Positions 1 to 12,973 of a stretch of 64,000 nt of DNA are shown piece after piece. The stretch covers positions 10,602,001 through 10,666,000 of the forward strand of contig CATNEN010000001.1 in the NCBI GenBank assembly GCA_950097015.1. Direction: 5' to 3'. The notes below the pieces were generated by a model, which was given only the letters and a program-made list of their open reading frames with translations, did not search any database and was not told the DNA's origin. Numbering within the stretch: the stretch's first letter is position 1; each line of letters starts with the position of its first letter. The translations under genes were made by a program, and so were the position numbers. The DNA comes from Macrostomum hystrix. Its lineage: Eukaryota; Animalia; Platyhelminthes.

Positions 1-291
1 CCATTTTTACTGTGGCGCTTAATTCTACCAGCTAGAAGCCCAACAACCGACCAGACGCGAAGGATTTCAGCGTAGACTGACTTATTGCCGCCACCAAACC
101 CAGCCCTGCTAAGTTATATTGTTATCCAATAAAAATTCTCACCGCAACAGAGACGGGAAGGCAGAGAGGTCGCTATCCATAAATAATTAGGCGATCCGGT
201 TTAACCCCGGCTCATCGCTATCGGTCATTGTCCGTTAGCCTTGGAAAGTAAAGACTTCACCGGCACATTGTGGCAGCCAGTGACAAGCAGA

Positions 292-3200
292 ATGCCAATC
301 TCAATAATTCTAGCAGGGTTCGCCGCGTTGCTGATCAACTCCCAGCTCTGCGAGGCGCTTCGACCCTACCGACATTGCTCCATGGCCGAACTGGAGGGCA
401 TCAGGCGGGACTGCTTCTACGACTTCGAGTCCCAGCTGTCCGAGACACCATCCCGCAGCATCCACGTGGAGCTGCAGCAGAAGTGCAAGTGAGTCTGTCT
501 GTGTGTCTCTCTGTCTGTCTCTCTGTCTGTCGGTCTGTCTGTCTGTCTGTCGGTCTGTCTGTCTGTCTGTCGGTCTGTCTGTCCAGTGTGACTCTCAGTC
601 GTGAGTTTCTCATTTCTCAGTCTTGTGTCTGTCCTGTGTGTCTGTCCTGTGTGTCTGTCCTGTGTGTCTGTCCTGTGTGTGTCTGTCCTGTGTATCTGTT
701 TCCCTGTGTGTCTGTCCTGTTTGTCTGTCCTGTTTGTCTGTCCTGTGTGTTTGTCCTGTGTCTGTCCTGTATGTCTGTCCTGTGTGTTTGTCCTGTGTCT
801 GTCCTGTATGTCTGTCCTGTGTGTCTGTCCTGTGTCTGTCCTGTGTGTCTGTCCTGTGTCTGTCCTGTGTGTCTGTTCCCTTGTGTGTCTGTTCCCTTGT
901 GTGTCTGTTCCCTTGTGTGTCTGCCCTTTGTGTCTGTCCTGTGTGTCTGTCCGGTGTGTCTGTTCCCGTGTGTGTCTGTCCTGTGTGCCTGTCTGTCCTG
1001 TGTGCCTGTCTGTGTGTCTGTCCGGTGTGTCTGTTCCCCTGTGTGTCTGTCCTGTGTGCCTGTCTGTCCTGTGTGCCTGTCCTTTGTGTCTGTCCGGTGT
1101 GTCTGTTCCCGTGTGTGTCTGTCCTGTGTGCCTGTCTGTCCTGTGTGCCTGTCTGTGTGTCTGTCCGGTGTGTCTGTTCCCCTGTGTGTCTGTCCTGTGT
1201 GCCTGTCTGTCCTGTGTGCCTGTCTGTGTGTCTGTCCTGTGTGCCTGTCTGTGTGTCTGTCCGGTGTGTCTGTTCCCCTGTGTGTCTGTCCTGTGTGTCT
1301 ATCATGTGAGTCTTTCTTTTGAGCCTGTCAGTCGTGTGTTTGTCCTTTGAGTCTGTCAGTAGAGTATCTGTCAGTCGTGTCTGTCCTTTGAGTCTGTCAG
1401 TAGTGTATCTGTCAGTCGTGTCTGTCCTTTGAGTCTGTCAGTAGTGTGTCTGTCAGCATGTGTCATTCCTTCGTGTTCTTTACATCGTAGGTCTGTCCTT
1501 GCTGTCTATTAAAATATTTGCGTCCCAGTCAGTCAGTCTTCTAGTCTGACTGGACTAACATGCCTGCTAGCGGTTAGCAGCTCTGACGATTTTTGTTAAG
1601 CAGAGGCAAGCAGTATTTGTCTTCTAAACAGTAGATAGCATCTAGCCTGCGCAATGCTTCATCGTAATTCAATATGATCGATTATGTTCTTAGCATGTTT
1701 GAATACAAGGCTAACAGGCCTATATACTATATAGCCCAGTCTAAAGCACACAAAACACTAATTTCTAATGTCGAAAAAGTCTACGATTTTTGAAGTGTGT
1801 TCATTTTAGCCGTTAGCAAATTTAAAAAAAACGTGCCCTCTCGGTTAATGTCAATTATGTGAAAAAATGTACTTTTTTGTAAGCTTCCGATTCAGCTGAA
1901 ACCAATCCTATCTCCGTCCCGTCCTATGTATATTTCCCAGCAACGCCACTTTTATTGTTGGTAATAATTAGTTTTTATGACTTTCAAGCTGAAAGATCGG
2001 TCTTCGTTAACACATGGTAAAACTGTATTACCAGATCGGTTGTAAATCGTTTTTACTTGGCTAAACTAAACTAGTATCTGCACTAGCATTTAAAGGCATT
2101 GCATAACAAATAGGACCATGTTAGTGTGAGTTAAACATTCATGAAATTGTTGCAGATATCATAAAAAACTTGTCATTTGCTGTACAGATCTGTCAGTCAA
2201 TTCCCGTGTAGAGGTAAAGTGAGGTAAATTCACTCTCAGAAAATGTGTTCCATTTTTGCAATAAAAGCTTTGTCACTGATAATTCTCAGTGGTGAAATTT
2301 TCTGTGGGACTTAAAAACTTTGACTTGTCTGACAAAACCTTTATAAATAGATGCAATAATTTTTGGGCAGCATTGCGGTTGCGAACACCCAGTCCACGGA
2401 CTGAACAGCTCCGTGTCATATTTCTTATCTATCGCAATTCTTCCGTGTCCTATGTCTCCCGTTTCTTATCTTTCTTGTGTCTCATCTCTCCCTTGTCTCA
2501 TATCTCCCGTGTCTCATCTCTCCCGTGTCTCATCTCTCCCGTGTCTCATCTCTCCCGTGTCTCATCTCTCCCGTGTCTCATCTCTCCCCTGTCTTATCTC
2601 TCCCGTGTCTCATCTCTCCCGTGTCTCATCTCTCCCATGTCTCATCTCTTCCATGTCTCATCTCTCTCCTCTCTCATCTTTCATCGCCAGTCTCATCTCT
2701 TCCCAGTTTAATCTCTCCTGTGTCTCATCTCCCCCGTGTCTCATCTCTCCCGCGTCTCCTCTCTCCCCTATCTCATCTCTCTTGCGTCTCATCTCTCCCG
2801 TCTCATCTCTCCCGTCTCATCTCTCCCCTGTCTCATCTCACCTATGTCTCATCTCACCTATGTCTTATCTCCCCTATGTCTCATCTCACCTATGTCTCAT
2901 CTCACCTATGTCTTATCTCCCCTATGTCTCATCTCACCTATGTCTCATCTCACCTATGTCTTATCTCCCCTATGTCTCATCTCACCCATTTACCAATTTG
3001 TCACCAGTTGAAGTGTCCATATTTATAACCAAAGCATCAATTTTCTAAACATTGCAGCGACAGCACCATCGCTAGGTATCCTGTGATGCGAGATTGCATC
3101 ACACTAAACATGGAGCGACGCGGTTGCTCGAACGACGAAACCATTATGCGCCGATTTAACCTGACTAAAAAGGCTCACGAACACCTGTGCTCTGTGAGGT

Positions 3201-6200
3201 TTAAAGGTGCGTTGACTTTGAGCACTGTTTTGAGCGACGATGAGCATTTCAAGAATGGGTAATGACCGATTCAAGATTGGTTAATGACCAATTCAAGAAA
3301 GAACGATGACCATACATTGATGACTATTTCAAAAAGAATTATGAACATTTAAGTAAAACTTAGGACAAAGACAGAAGATAGACAATATTTTAGAATGGCA
3401 TTAGAAAGCCACATAGATAGGAATAGGACAAGTAGGATGTGGTGCTGTACGAGACATTATACTGTATTATTTGAAGAGGCCACACGGATGAATGCGTCAT
3501 TAGCCAGTATTAGTACAGCACAGAACCCATTGAAATACTTTCCCTCAACAATGGAACGTGAGCTCTCAGCATTGCTTGCTTCTCAACTTCAGAGTCAAGC
3601 CGGCTTAGAGCATGAGAAAAGTGGCGTTGGTTTGAGGCAGATGATAGCTAGATGGAAAATATCTCGAAGTGCAGCAGGAATTAACTGATAATTGCAGAGG
3701 GTGAAATGGCTCGCAAAGCGTTCTAGGTAAAAAACGAGGAAAGGCGTGCATTTTCGGTTGTACGTTTTTCCACACACGAGTGTAAATATCAAATATCAGG
3801 TGAACTTTTCAGCTAAAGCAATCTGATGCTGCAGCATTTTCATATCAGCTTAGATAGGCGAATGAGACTGATCTTGTCCTAGATGAGAGCACCTATTGCT
3901 GATAATGAACCAACATGATATTATGGATTTAGCCGCGGTGTTGTCAGGCATTGACAGATCTAGGGAGGGTCACCGACGCCTGTGCCTTTAATTCCTTCTT
4001 TTTATTACCATTTCGTACTATTGTAGATGTGACACATGAACGAATTTACTTCTTGTTCTGTAAATGCGCGTGATTCGTCCAAGGTCAATCTAAAAATAGA
4101 AACAATTCAGCTCGAATACGCGTGATTCGTCCAAGGTCAATCTAAAAATAGAAACAATTCAGCTCGAATACGCGTGATTCGTCCAAGGTCAATCTAAAAA
4201 TAGAACCCATTCAGCTCGAATGCGCGTGATTTGTCCAAGGACAGTCTAAAAATAGAACCCATTCAGCTCGAATGCGCGTGATTTGTCCAAGGACAGTCTA
4301 AAAATAGAACCAATTCAGTTCGAATGCGCGGAATTTCTCGACGGGCAGTCTAAAAAATATAACAATGCCATGCACACCTCTATTGTGTGATAAGACAAAA
4401 AACTCGCAAAATAATTTTTATAATCGCTGCAATCGCTAAACAAAGATTTTTGTTTAATGGTTCTAATTGCTTTTAAAAGAAAACAAAAAATAATTGGTGC
4501 GCTTTGCCGCCCTCAGTTAATTGAATAGTAAAATAATTAACAAGAACATGAAGCCGTTGAGCCACACATTTAAGAAGAAGCTTACAAAAAAGAATCCTTA
4601 AGGCTTCGCGATTGCCAACTGACCCTAGGGAAACAATCCAGACGAGAAGAAAAGGTTTTTCTATTTCTTTGCTTATGAGTCAAAGTGGATCTTGAACCAC
4701 GCGAAGCCGAAGCCACGGCATCGTTTGCATTTTCCTCATTAGTCGCTTCTCTTGATATTTCTTTTCTAAGAAAAGGCGAACCAAGACGCGTTTCGAATTC
4801 CCACAGGGATTGAGCACAGAGGCCAGTGTGTGAGCTGCTTGCCTCAGACACAATGCAATCTTACTAGACCCCCATCGCAGCAATTGGATAAGCAAAAAGT
4901 CACCCTTTATCGATTATTCGGGCTGTGATCCAATATCCCCGACAAATCAATGATCAATTTATTCACCAGGGAAATTTAATTCATTGAAAATTCGGTCGCA
5001 GCAACGTCGTCACAAAGTCTGGACTAAAACATTTCAGGCGAGTTCTGTCGCGAACTGCCTAAGAATCTGCCACACTACGTGAACCTGTGCATCGCGTCCC
5101 TGTACGACGGAATAAAGAAGGGAGTTGTCTGCATGTGAGTACTAAAAGCTAACAAGTAATTATTTAGCACACTCTCACAGGTTTGTACAAGTGCCCTGAC
5201 TTTGTTATCGTCAGGCAGTGTACACTCTCACTGTGGATTCGAGTTTTGGGGCTTGAAGGAGTTCAGTTCAAATTTTAATTGCAAAATAGGCCGTTCTTCC
5301 AGTGTGGTTTGAATAAAACAAAATGATAACATTTTTTTTTCGACTGCCAGGAACTCAGGTCTCGATCGGTGGGTAAAAATCACCCAACATATTTTGTTAC
5401 ATTGCCACTCTCTCTCCGTCATCAATATTGAAGAGTGTCGTTTTGCATTTTCTGTTTGTTTATCATAAATCAACTATTTCTTCTTCGAAATTAAAAAATA
5501 TTAACCTGGGGTTTATATAAAAATGTAATTTATTCATTTTGCCACACCTTAGGTGATGCCACACAAAAGATTACCTAATTTATTTCGTCCTAATTAAAGA
5601 AATGGTGATTTTATAGAATCGTTACTTCAAGCGTTAATTCAATCGTTAAATTGATTTACTTAAATTCGTGCTAAAACTTTACTTCGAACAGTTTTTAAAA
5701 CAGTTTTTATTATCATTTAGTTTTTACTCTAAATTAGTTTTTTAGCATTCGTCAAGTACTTCAATTATGAGCAAACAGAAATTGATGGATACTATTTAAG
5801 ACAGGTTTAAAAACTGTACAAAAACTGTTTTGGCACTAATTCTAATTGGAATTGAAATTAGTTAACCGGTTCTTAAGGATCGTCCAATAATCGTTTAAAT
5901 GTGTTATCACATTTTTATTGATAAACATGCTGAAATTTTCCAATAATTTGCGCTTAAAACTATTACTCAAACGTTTATTTTGTTATCCGCTTTGATATAA
6001 AATCTTGAGTTGCAAATTATCAAGACCTGTCATAAAAAGCAAGTGCATAATACCCGCTAACAAATATGTAAAACCTTTTTTATTTGAATTCAATTGGTCA
6101 TTTTTTGTTCTTCAATAAAAGCCCAATTAAAAACATTAAAAGTCTCTTTTACTAAAACTGCTGATTCAAAAACTTTTTAAACAGTCGATCGCTGATGACC

Positions 6201-9200
6201 ATTCAAAAGTCGCAATCATGCGTGTACTACATTCTCAACCTGATGGGGTCCCAGTGCTACTATCTGCAGTTCAACTTCTATCACGTGCGCACCTACATTG
6301 AAGAGCAGGTCAGCTTCAAGTGCAACGGTGAGCCAGAAAATTATGTTTTACTTTCAGAATCAACCCAACTTAGATCACAGAGTCTACCAAGTTAGATCTT
6401 AAAATCTGCCCGAATTAGACTTTAGAATCTACCCCAATTAGATCGCAAAATCTACCCCAATTAGATCGCAGAATCTACCCCAGTTAGATCGCAGAATCTA
6501 CCCCAGTTAGATCACAGAATCTACCCCAATTAGATCGCAGAATCTACCCCAGTTAGATCACAGAATCTACCCCAATTAGATCACAGAATCTACCCCAATT
6601 AGATCGCAGAATCTACCCCAATTAGATCGCAGAATCTACCCCAGTTAGATCGCAGAATCTACCCCAGTTAGATCGCAGAATCTACCCCAGTTTGTCGCGG
6701 AATCTACCCCAGTTAGATCGCGGAATCTACCCCAGTTAGATCGCAGAATCTACCCCAGTTAGATCGCAGAATCTACCCCAGTTTGTAGCGGAATCTACCC
6801 AGTTAGATCGCAGAATCTACCCCAGTTAATTCGCAGAATCTACCCCAGTTAGATCGCGGAATCTACCCCAGTTAGATCGCAGAATCTACCCCAGTTAGAT
6901 CGCAGAATCTACCCCAGTTTGTCGCGGAATCTACCCCAGTTAGATCGCAGAATCTACCCCAGTTAGATCGCGGAATCTACCCCAGTTAGATCGCAGAATC
7001 TACCCCAGTTTGTCGCGGAATCTACCCCAGTTAGATCGCAGAATCTACCCCAGTTTGTCGCAGAATCTACCCCAGTTAGATCGCAGAATCTACCCCAGTT
7101 AGATCGCAGAATCTACCCCAGTTTGTCGCGGAATCTACCCCAGTTAGATCGCAGAATCTACCCCAGTTTGTCGCGGAATCTACCCCAGTTAGATCGCAGA
7201 ATCTACCCCAATTAGATCGCAGAATCTACCCCAGTTTGTCGCGGAATCTACCCCAGTTAGATCGCAGAATCTACCCCAGTTAGATCGCAGAAACTACCCC
7301 AGTTAGATCGCAGAATCTACCCCAGTTAGATCGCAGAATCTACCCCAGTTAGATCGCAGAATCTACCCCAGTTTGTCGCGGAATCTACCCCAGTTAGATC
7401 ACAGAATCTACCCCAGTTAGATCGCGGAATCTACCCCAGTTAGATCGCAGAATCTACCCCAGTTAGATCGCGGAATCTACCCCAGTTAGATCGCAGAATC
7501 TACCCCAGTTTGTAGCGGAATCTACCCCAGTTAGATCGCAGAATCTACCCCAGTTAGATCGCAGAATCTACCCCAGTTAGATCGCAGAATCTACCCCAGT
7601 TAGATCGCGGAATCTACCCCAGTTAGATCGCAGAATCTACCCCAGTTTGTAGCGGAATCTACCCCAGTTAGATCGCAGAATCTACCCCAGTTAGATCGCA
7701 GAAACTACCCCAGTTAGATCGCAGAAACTACCCCAGTTAGATCGCAGAAACTACCCCAGTTAGATCGCGGAATCTACCCCAGTTAGATCGCAGAATCTAC
7801 CCCAGTTTGTAGCGGAATCTACCCCAGTTAGATCGCAGAATCTACCCCAGTTAGATCGCGGAATCTACCCCAGTTAGATCGCAGAATCTACCCCAGTTAG
7901 ATCGCAGAATCTACCCCAGTTAGATCGCAGAATCTACCCCAGTTTGTCGCAGAATCTACCCCAGTTAGATCGCAGAATCTACCCCAGTTAGATAACAGAA
8001 TCCACCCCAGTTAGATCGCAGAATCTACCCCAGTTTGTCGCGGAATCTACCCCAGTTAGATCGCAGAATCTACCCCAGTTAGATCGCAGAATCTACCCCA
8101 GTTAGATCGCAGAATCTACCCCAATTTGTCGCGGAATCTACCCCAGTTAGATCGCAGAATCTACCCCAGTTAGATCGCAGAATCTACCCCAGTTTGTCGC
8201 GGAATCTACCCCAGTTAGATCGCGGAATCTACCCCAGTTAGATCGCAGAATCTACCCCAGTTAGATCGCGGAATCTACCCCAGTTAGATCGCAGAATCTA
8301 CCCCAGTTTGTCGCGGAATCTACCCCAGTTAGATCGCAGAATCTACCCCAGTTAGATCGCAGAATCTACCCCAATTAGATCGCAGAATCTACCCCAGTTT
8401 GTCGCGGAATCTACCCCAGTTAGATCGCAGAATCTACCCCAGTTAGATCGCAGAATCTACCCCAGTTTGTCGCGGAATCTACCCCAGTTAGATCGCAGAA
8501 TCTACCCCAGTTAGATCGCAGAATCTACCCCAATTTGTCGCGGAATCTACCCCAGTTAGATCGCAGAATCTACCCCAGTTAGATCGCAGAATCTACCCCA
8601 GTTTGTCGCGGAATCTACCCCAGTTAGATCGCGGAATCTACCCCAGTTAGATCGCAGAATCTACCCCAGTTAGATCGCGGAATCTACCCCAGTTAGATCG
8701 CAGAATCTACCCCAGTTTGTCGCGGAATCTACCCCAGTTAGATCGCAGAATCTACCCCAGTTAGATCGCAGAATCTACCCCAATTAGATCGCAGAATCTA
8801 CCCCAGTTTGTCGCGGAATCTACCCCAGTTAGATCGCAGAATCTACCCCAGTTTGTCGCGGAATCTACCCCAGTTAGATCGCAGAATCTACCCCAGTTAG
8901 ATCGCAGAATCTACCCCAGTTAGATCGCAGAATCTACCCCAGTTTGTCGCGGAATCTACCCCAGTTAGATCGCAGAATCTACCCCAGTTAGATCGCAGAA
9001 TCTACCCCAGTTAGATCGCAGAATCTACCCCAGTTAGATCGCAGAATCTACCCCAGTTAGATCGCAGAATCTACCCCAGTTAGATCGCAGAATCTACCCG
9101 AGTTTGTCGCGGAATCTACCCCAGTTAGATCGCAGAATCTACCCCAGTTTGTCGCGGAATCTACCCCAGTTAGATCGCAGAATCTACCCCAGTTAGATCG

Positions 9201-10747
9201 CAGAATCTACCCCAGTTAGATCGCAGAATCTACCCCAGTTAGATCGCAGAATCTACCCCAGTTAGATCGCAGAATCTACCCCAGTTAGATCGCAGAATCT
9301 ACCCCAGTTAGATCGCAGAATCTACCCGAGTTTGTCGCGGAATCTACCCCAGTTAGATCGCGGAATCTACCCCAGTTAGATCGCAGAATCTACCCCAGTT
9401 TGTAGCGGAATCTACCCCAGTTAGATCGATTATATTACGATATTGTATTTGCTACTTCCTAAACCAAAATTTAGTTGATAAAGTGAATGTATGCAATTAT
9501 TATTATTGCAAAGTTAAAAGGTGTGACATTTTCTGCTGCACAAACGAGTGTTGCTAGGCAGGACAGGATGTGTCGTTGGACTGCTCCCTAAATCACTCTT
9601 TCTCCACATCCGGCTTCGCCAAATCGTTGGAAAAAATGAATTTAATATTGAATAGCTTATAAAGCCGGCTGTACATGAACCTGACATTGTAGCAGGGACG
9701 CATTCGAGTGGCTAAAGATTCAAGCAGCCCGCTAGCCGGAAATGAAAGCTGAACAGGCAGGTCGGGGCGTTGAAAGGCGATGCGAGCTAACACAAAACAA
9801 GGGCTAACACAAGAGCACTAAACTAAACTGATTTTTCTGGTTAATGCCTAACTGACACGTTTGTGCTTAGGCAGTCTGCGATAATAGAATGAGTGTCGTG
9901 CTAGAAACTAATTCAATTATAGTTCTAAACTAATGAAAGGTATGAATAATTCAATTCGGTTGTATTTAATTGGATTGGATTGGATTGGAATGGATTGGAT
10001 TGGATTGGATTGGATTGGATTGGATTGGATTGGATTGGATTGGATTAGATTGGATGGGATTGGATTGGATTGGATTTTATTGGATTGTACTAGATTAGAT
10101 TGGATTGGATTGTACTGGATTGGATTGGATTGGATTGGACTGTATTGGATTTGATTGGATTGGATTGGATTGTACTGGATTAGATTGGATTGGATTGGAT
10201 TGTACTGGATTAGATTGGATTGGATTGGATTGGATTGTACTGGATTGGATTGGATTGGATTGTAGAGGATTAAATTGCATAGGATTGTATTGGACTGTAT
10301 TGGATTTTACTGGATTGGATTGGATTGTAGTGGATTAAATTGCATTGGATTGTATTGGATTGGATTGGATTGGATTGGATTGGATTGTAGTTGATTAAAT
10401 TGCATTGGATTGTATTGGACTGTATTGGATTGTACTGGATTGGAGATAGATTGGAGTTAGAAATTGAATTTTATTGACAAGTGGTATTTAAAATATGTAT
10501 AATTATTTTAGAATAAAAAATCTATCCTTAGTGCTACTTGTTTTTTGCAATTATCAATTCTTAGTTTTTTGTAAGTCATATCGAAATTGTAACTAAAAAT
10601 GTTTTTCACCTAAAGTATCGCACGAAATTCCATCGCTAAACTTGTACCATTTTTTCAGATGCTCCGAGTCGTGTTTCGTCGAGTGCAGCACTGCAATTTT
10701 CAGCACTGATGTTTTCAATTCTGCTGGCCTCAATGCTGCCGGTTTAG
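292..10747 (+). CDS. Uncharacterised secreted/GPI-anchored cysteine-rich protein (224 aa, two tandem 6-Cys modules), 5 exons
   Basis: Exons 292-488, 3058-3206, 5038-5134, 6185-6327 and 10659-10747 join through GT-AG introns with matching phases (2,1,2,1) into one 675-nt frame. N-terminus MPISIILAGFAALLINSQLCEA is signal-peptide-like. The mature part has 12 Cys. C-terminus DAPSRVSSSAALQFSALMFSILLASMLPV* is a small-residue stretch plus a terminal hydrophobic tail (GPI-signal-like). Confidence 0.85.
493..1460. repeat. Compound (TGTC/TG)-rich microsatellite followed by a ~40-bp tandem repeat, intron 1
   Basis: Continuous tctg/gtctgtcctgtgt units start immediately after the GT donor at 489. About 3 copies of tttgagtctgtcagtagtgtatctgtcagtcgtgtctgtcc lie at ~1320-1460. 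Confidence 0.95.
2450..2987. repeat. 16-bp pyrimidine-rich minisatellite (TCTCATCTCTCCCGTG / TCTCATCTCACCTATG)
   Basis: About 33 units just upstream of the exon-2 acceptor at 3057. Confidence 0.95.
4064..4335. repeat. 52-bp tandem repeat, ~5 copies
   Basis: cgcgtgatt(c/t)gtccaagg(t/a)ca(a/g)tctaaaaatagaa..attcagctcgaat recurs with 52-bp spacing in intron 2. Confidence 0.93.
6366..9428. repeat. 23/22-bp satellite (GTTAGATCGCAGAATCTACCCCA / GTTTGTCGCGGAATCTACCCCA), ~3 kb, intron 4
   Basis: About 133 units of two variant types, with degenerate units at the 5' edge. Confidence 0.97.
9968..10446. repeat. (GGATT)n microsatellite
   Basis: Pentamer run with tgtac/tgtag interruptions. Confidence 0.96.
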
Positions 10748-10924
10748 CTTCGTTTTTTCCTCTTGCCATTGCTAAGTAAATAGTGTCTATCCAATTTTAC
10801 TGTCATTCTTTTCTCATTGTTTTTTAGACTCTGTGTAATGTGCATGCACAAGAGTACTTTACAAATCGATTGCATGGTTTGCGTAAAATGAGCTCCTTTG
10901 TATTATCATTACATTTATTATAAC

Positions 10925-11645
10925 AAAAAACCGATTGCACCTATTTTCGTCCACAACACGGATCGATATTTTCCGCGCTTTACAATAAGCTAACCTTCAA
11001 AGCTGTCAGACGTCAGCATCGTCGAGGTGTTCAGCGATTCTTGTCGAAGACTCTGGTGACAAAGACTCTGGTGACAAAGACTCTGGTGACAAAGACTCTG
11101 GTGACAAAGACTCTGGTGACAAAGACTCTGGTGACAAAGACTCTGGTGACAAAGACTCTGGTGACAAAGACTCTGGTGACAAAGACTCTGGTGACAAAGA
11201 CTCTGGTGACAAAGACTCTGGTGACAAAGACTCTGGTGACAAAGACTCTGGTGACAAAGACTCTGGTGACAAAAACTCTGGTGACAAAGACTCTGGTGAC
11301 AAAGACTCTGGTGACAAAGACTCTGGTGACAAAGACTCTGGTGACAAAGACTCTGGTGACAAAGACTCTGGTGACAAAGACTCTGGTGACAAAAACTCTG
11401 GTGACAAAGACTCTGGTGACAAAGACTCTGGTGACAAAGACTCTGGTAACAAAGACTCTGGTGACAAAGACAAATAAGTGTAATGAATGTTTGCTTGTTT
11501 GGTGGTAACAGACACCCCGATGAGAATCCTTGAATATTTCGACCATGCCGGTATTTTGCGATTCTGGAAGTTGTTTCATCGGATAGAGCGGAAAGTTTCA
11601 GCCGTGATTGGTTGAATATTTTGGGAGATACAGAAAAAATTATGT
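10925..11645 (-). mobile_element. Dispersed non-autonomous element (Helentron/HINE- or MITE-like), copy with an internal 15-bp satellite
   Basis: The reverse complement aligns by eye with 52435-53340 (ttttctgtatctcc..ctctatccgat; cggcatggtcgaaatattcaa; tcaccagagtcttcgacaa..tcgctgaa..gacgatgctgac..gctttgaa(a/g)gtt) and with 12600-12770. Confidence 0.8.
11048..11471. repeat. 15-bp minisatellite (GACTCTGGTGACAAA)n, ~28 near-perfect copies
   Basis: Directly visible. It generates the artefactual VTKTL/SPESL/CHQSL ORFs. Confidence 0.97.
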
Positions 11646-12597
11646 GGGTACTCATGTGTTCTTTCAGCTGTTAAAAGGCTGCTTATACAATGCAGCCCTA
11701 TCAGTTCCCATAGGTCGTCAATATGATAACTTAGGTAAGCATATTGTAAAAAATAATAACTTCGCTACTGTATTATATCTGTAAAACAGTTCTTTTTATG
11801 CTATAAAAATATCATTAAATAAAACATACAATTAAACGTAAAGTTAGTGTATTTTTTAATTTCGCACTTTTTGATTACTACTGAAAGTAAGAGGCTTGGC
11901 ATTCGCACAACTTAGTTTATTCATCTTGAGGCTTTTCTGGCGATTGAGTTTTTAAAGAGCTGTTTAAGATTAGTGATATTTTTTAGCGGCAGCAACAAAT
12001 TTACACAGATTGATTTCCATTCCAGAGTAAATTATTGAAAATTTTCTTACGCAGTAAGTGCGCCCACGCCATGATATTAAGTTTCGGGTTTATAGAGAGT
12101 GTAATGAAATACTGAATAACAGCTTTGCAGAGCTACATCACAATTGCATAGCAACAAAGACTAAAAAACGACCGCGTAATCCGACAAGGAGCGGTTAAAT
12201 GGGATTAAACTGTAAAAGAGTGCAGCACTTTCATGGCAAAACTTTTATGATGCTACATTACACGGCCGGCCTACAAAAAAAGAAAATAACTCTAAGTACA
12301 AGCTAATTATTGAATGAGAGTCGAAAATCAGTTAAAGAACGAGTTTAAACAGGTGCGAACGAAAAACATTCGTGCTTTCTTGGATAGAAAGTTTTTTTTC
12401 TAAATTTTTTCTTCGATTTAACCTTAACAGAGAGAGACCACGTTAAAAGAAACTGACTTTCTTTTTTGCTTCTCCTAAAATTTTCTAACAAACGCCATGA
12501 AAATCCAGAACACGACCTTAAATTTTCCTTTCTATCGGACGAAATAAATTTCAAATTCACAGAAAATCTGAATATAATTGAACCAATATGGATGCAC

Positions 12598-12832
12598 CAA
12601 TGTTATTTGTCTTTGTCACTAGAGTCTTCGACAAAATCGCTGAATATCTCGACGATCGTGACGTCGGACGGCTTTGAAAGTTAGTGCATCGAAAAGAGTG
12701 GAAAGTGTAGATGCATTGAATGGACTTTTAGGAAAATCGGTCAGTCGGTTTGGGAGCTATTGTGAAGTAGGCAGTAGAAGTAGACACCCCACCTGGCTGC
12801 TGGGGTCTTTTACCAGGGGAAACGGAAAATAG
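12598..12832 (+). mobile_element. 3' part of the same dispersed element, with a single unexpanded 15-bp unit
   Basis: ttatttgtctttgtcactagagtcttcgacaaaatcgctgaatatctcgacgat..gctttgaaagtt..tttgggagctattgtgaagtag..ggggtcttttaccaggggaaa matches 52970-53409 and the reverse complement of 10925-11480. Confidence 0.8.
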
Positions 12833-12973
12833 TTCTCGTGGTCTTTGTACTGTTAAAGCTTATCCGCTACAAAACTATTTAGTAGCTGAAACAAAACATA
12901 AAGATTCTGTCAACCTTTTCATCGTCCATTCGCTTATCTTTAGCTGAGAACACATGACACAGTGGAGTGCAGC

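Noticed and set aside
270-1350. Long Cys/Val-rich and Thr/Asp/Arg-rich ORFs (228-350 aa)
   Set aside because: They are translations of an intronic microsatellite that is open in several frames. The real exon ends at the GT donor at 489.
6366-10446. Base pairing between the 23-mer (AATCT) and (GGATT)n bridging intron 4
   Set aside because: Complementarity is limited to 4-6 nt per unit, too weak to claim a structure.
10990-11655. ORFs of CHQSL/SPESL/VTKTL pentapeptides
   Set aside because: The stop-free 15-bp repeat is open in four frames and lies inside a mobile element.
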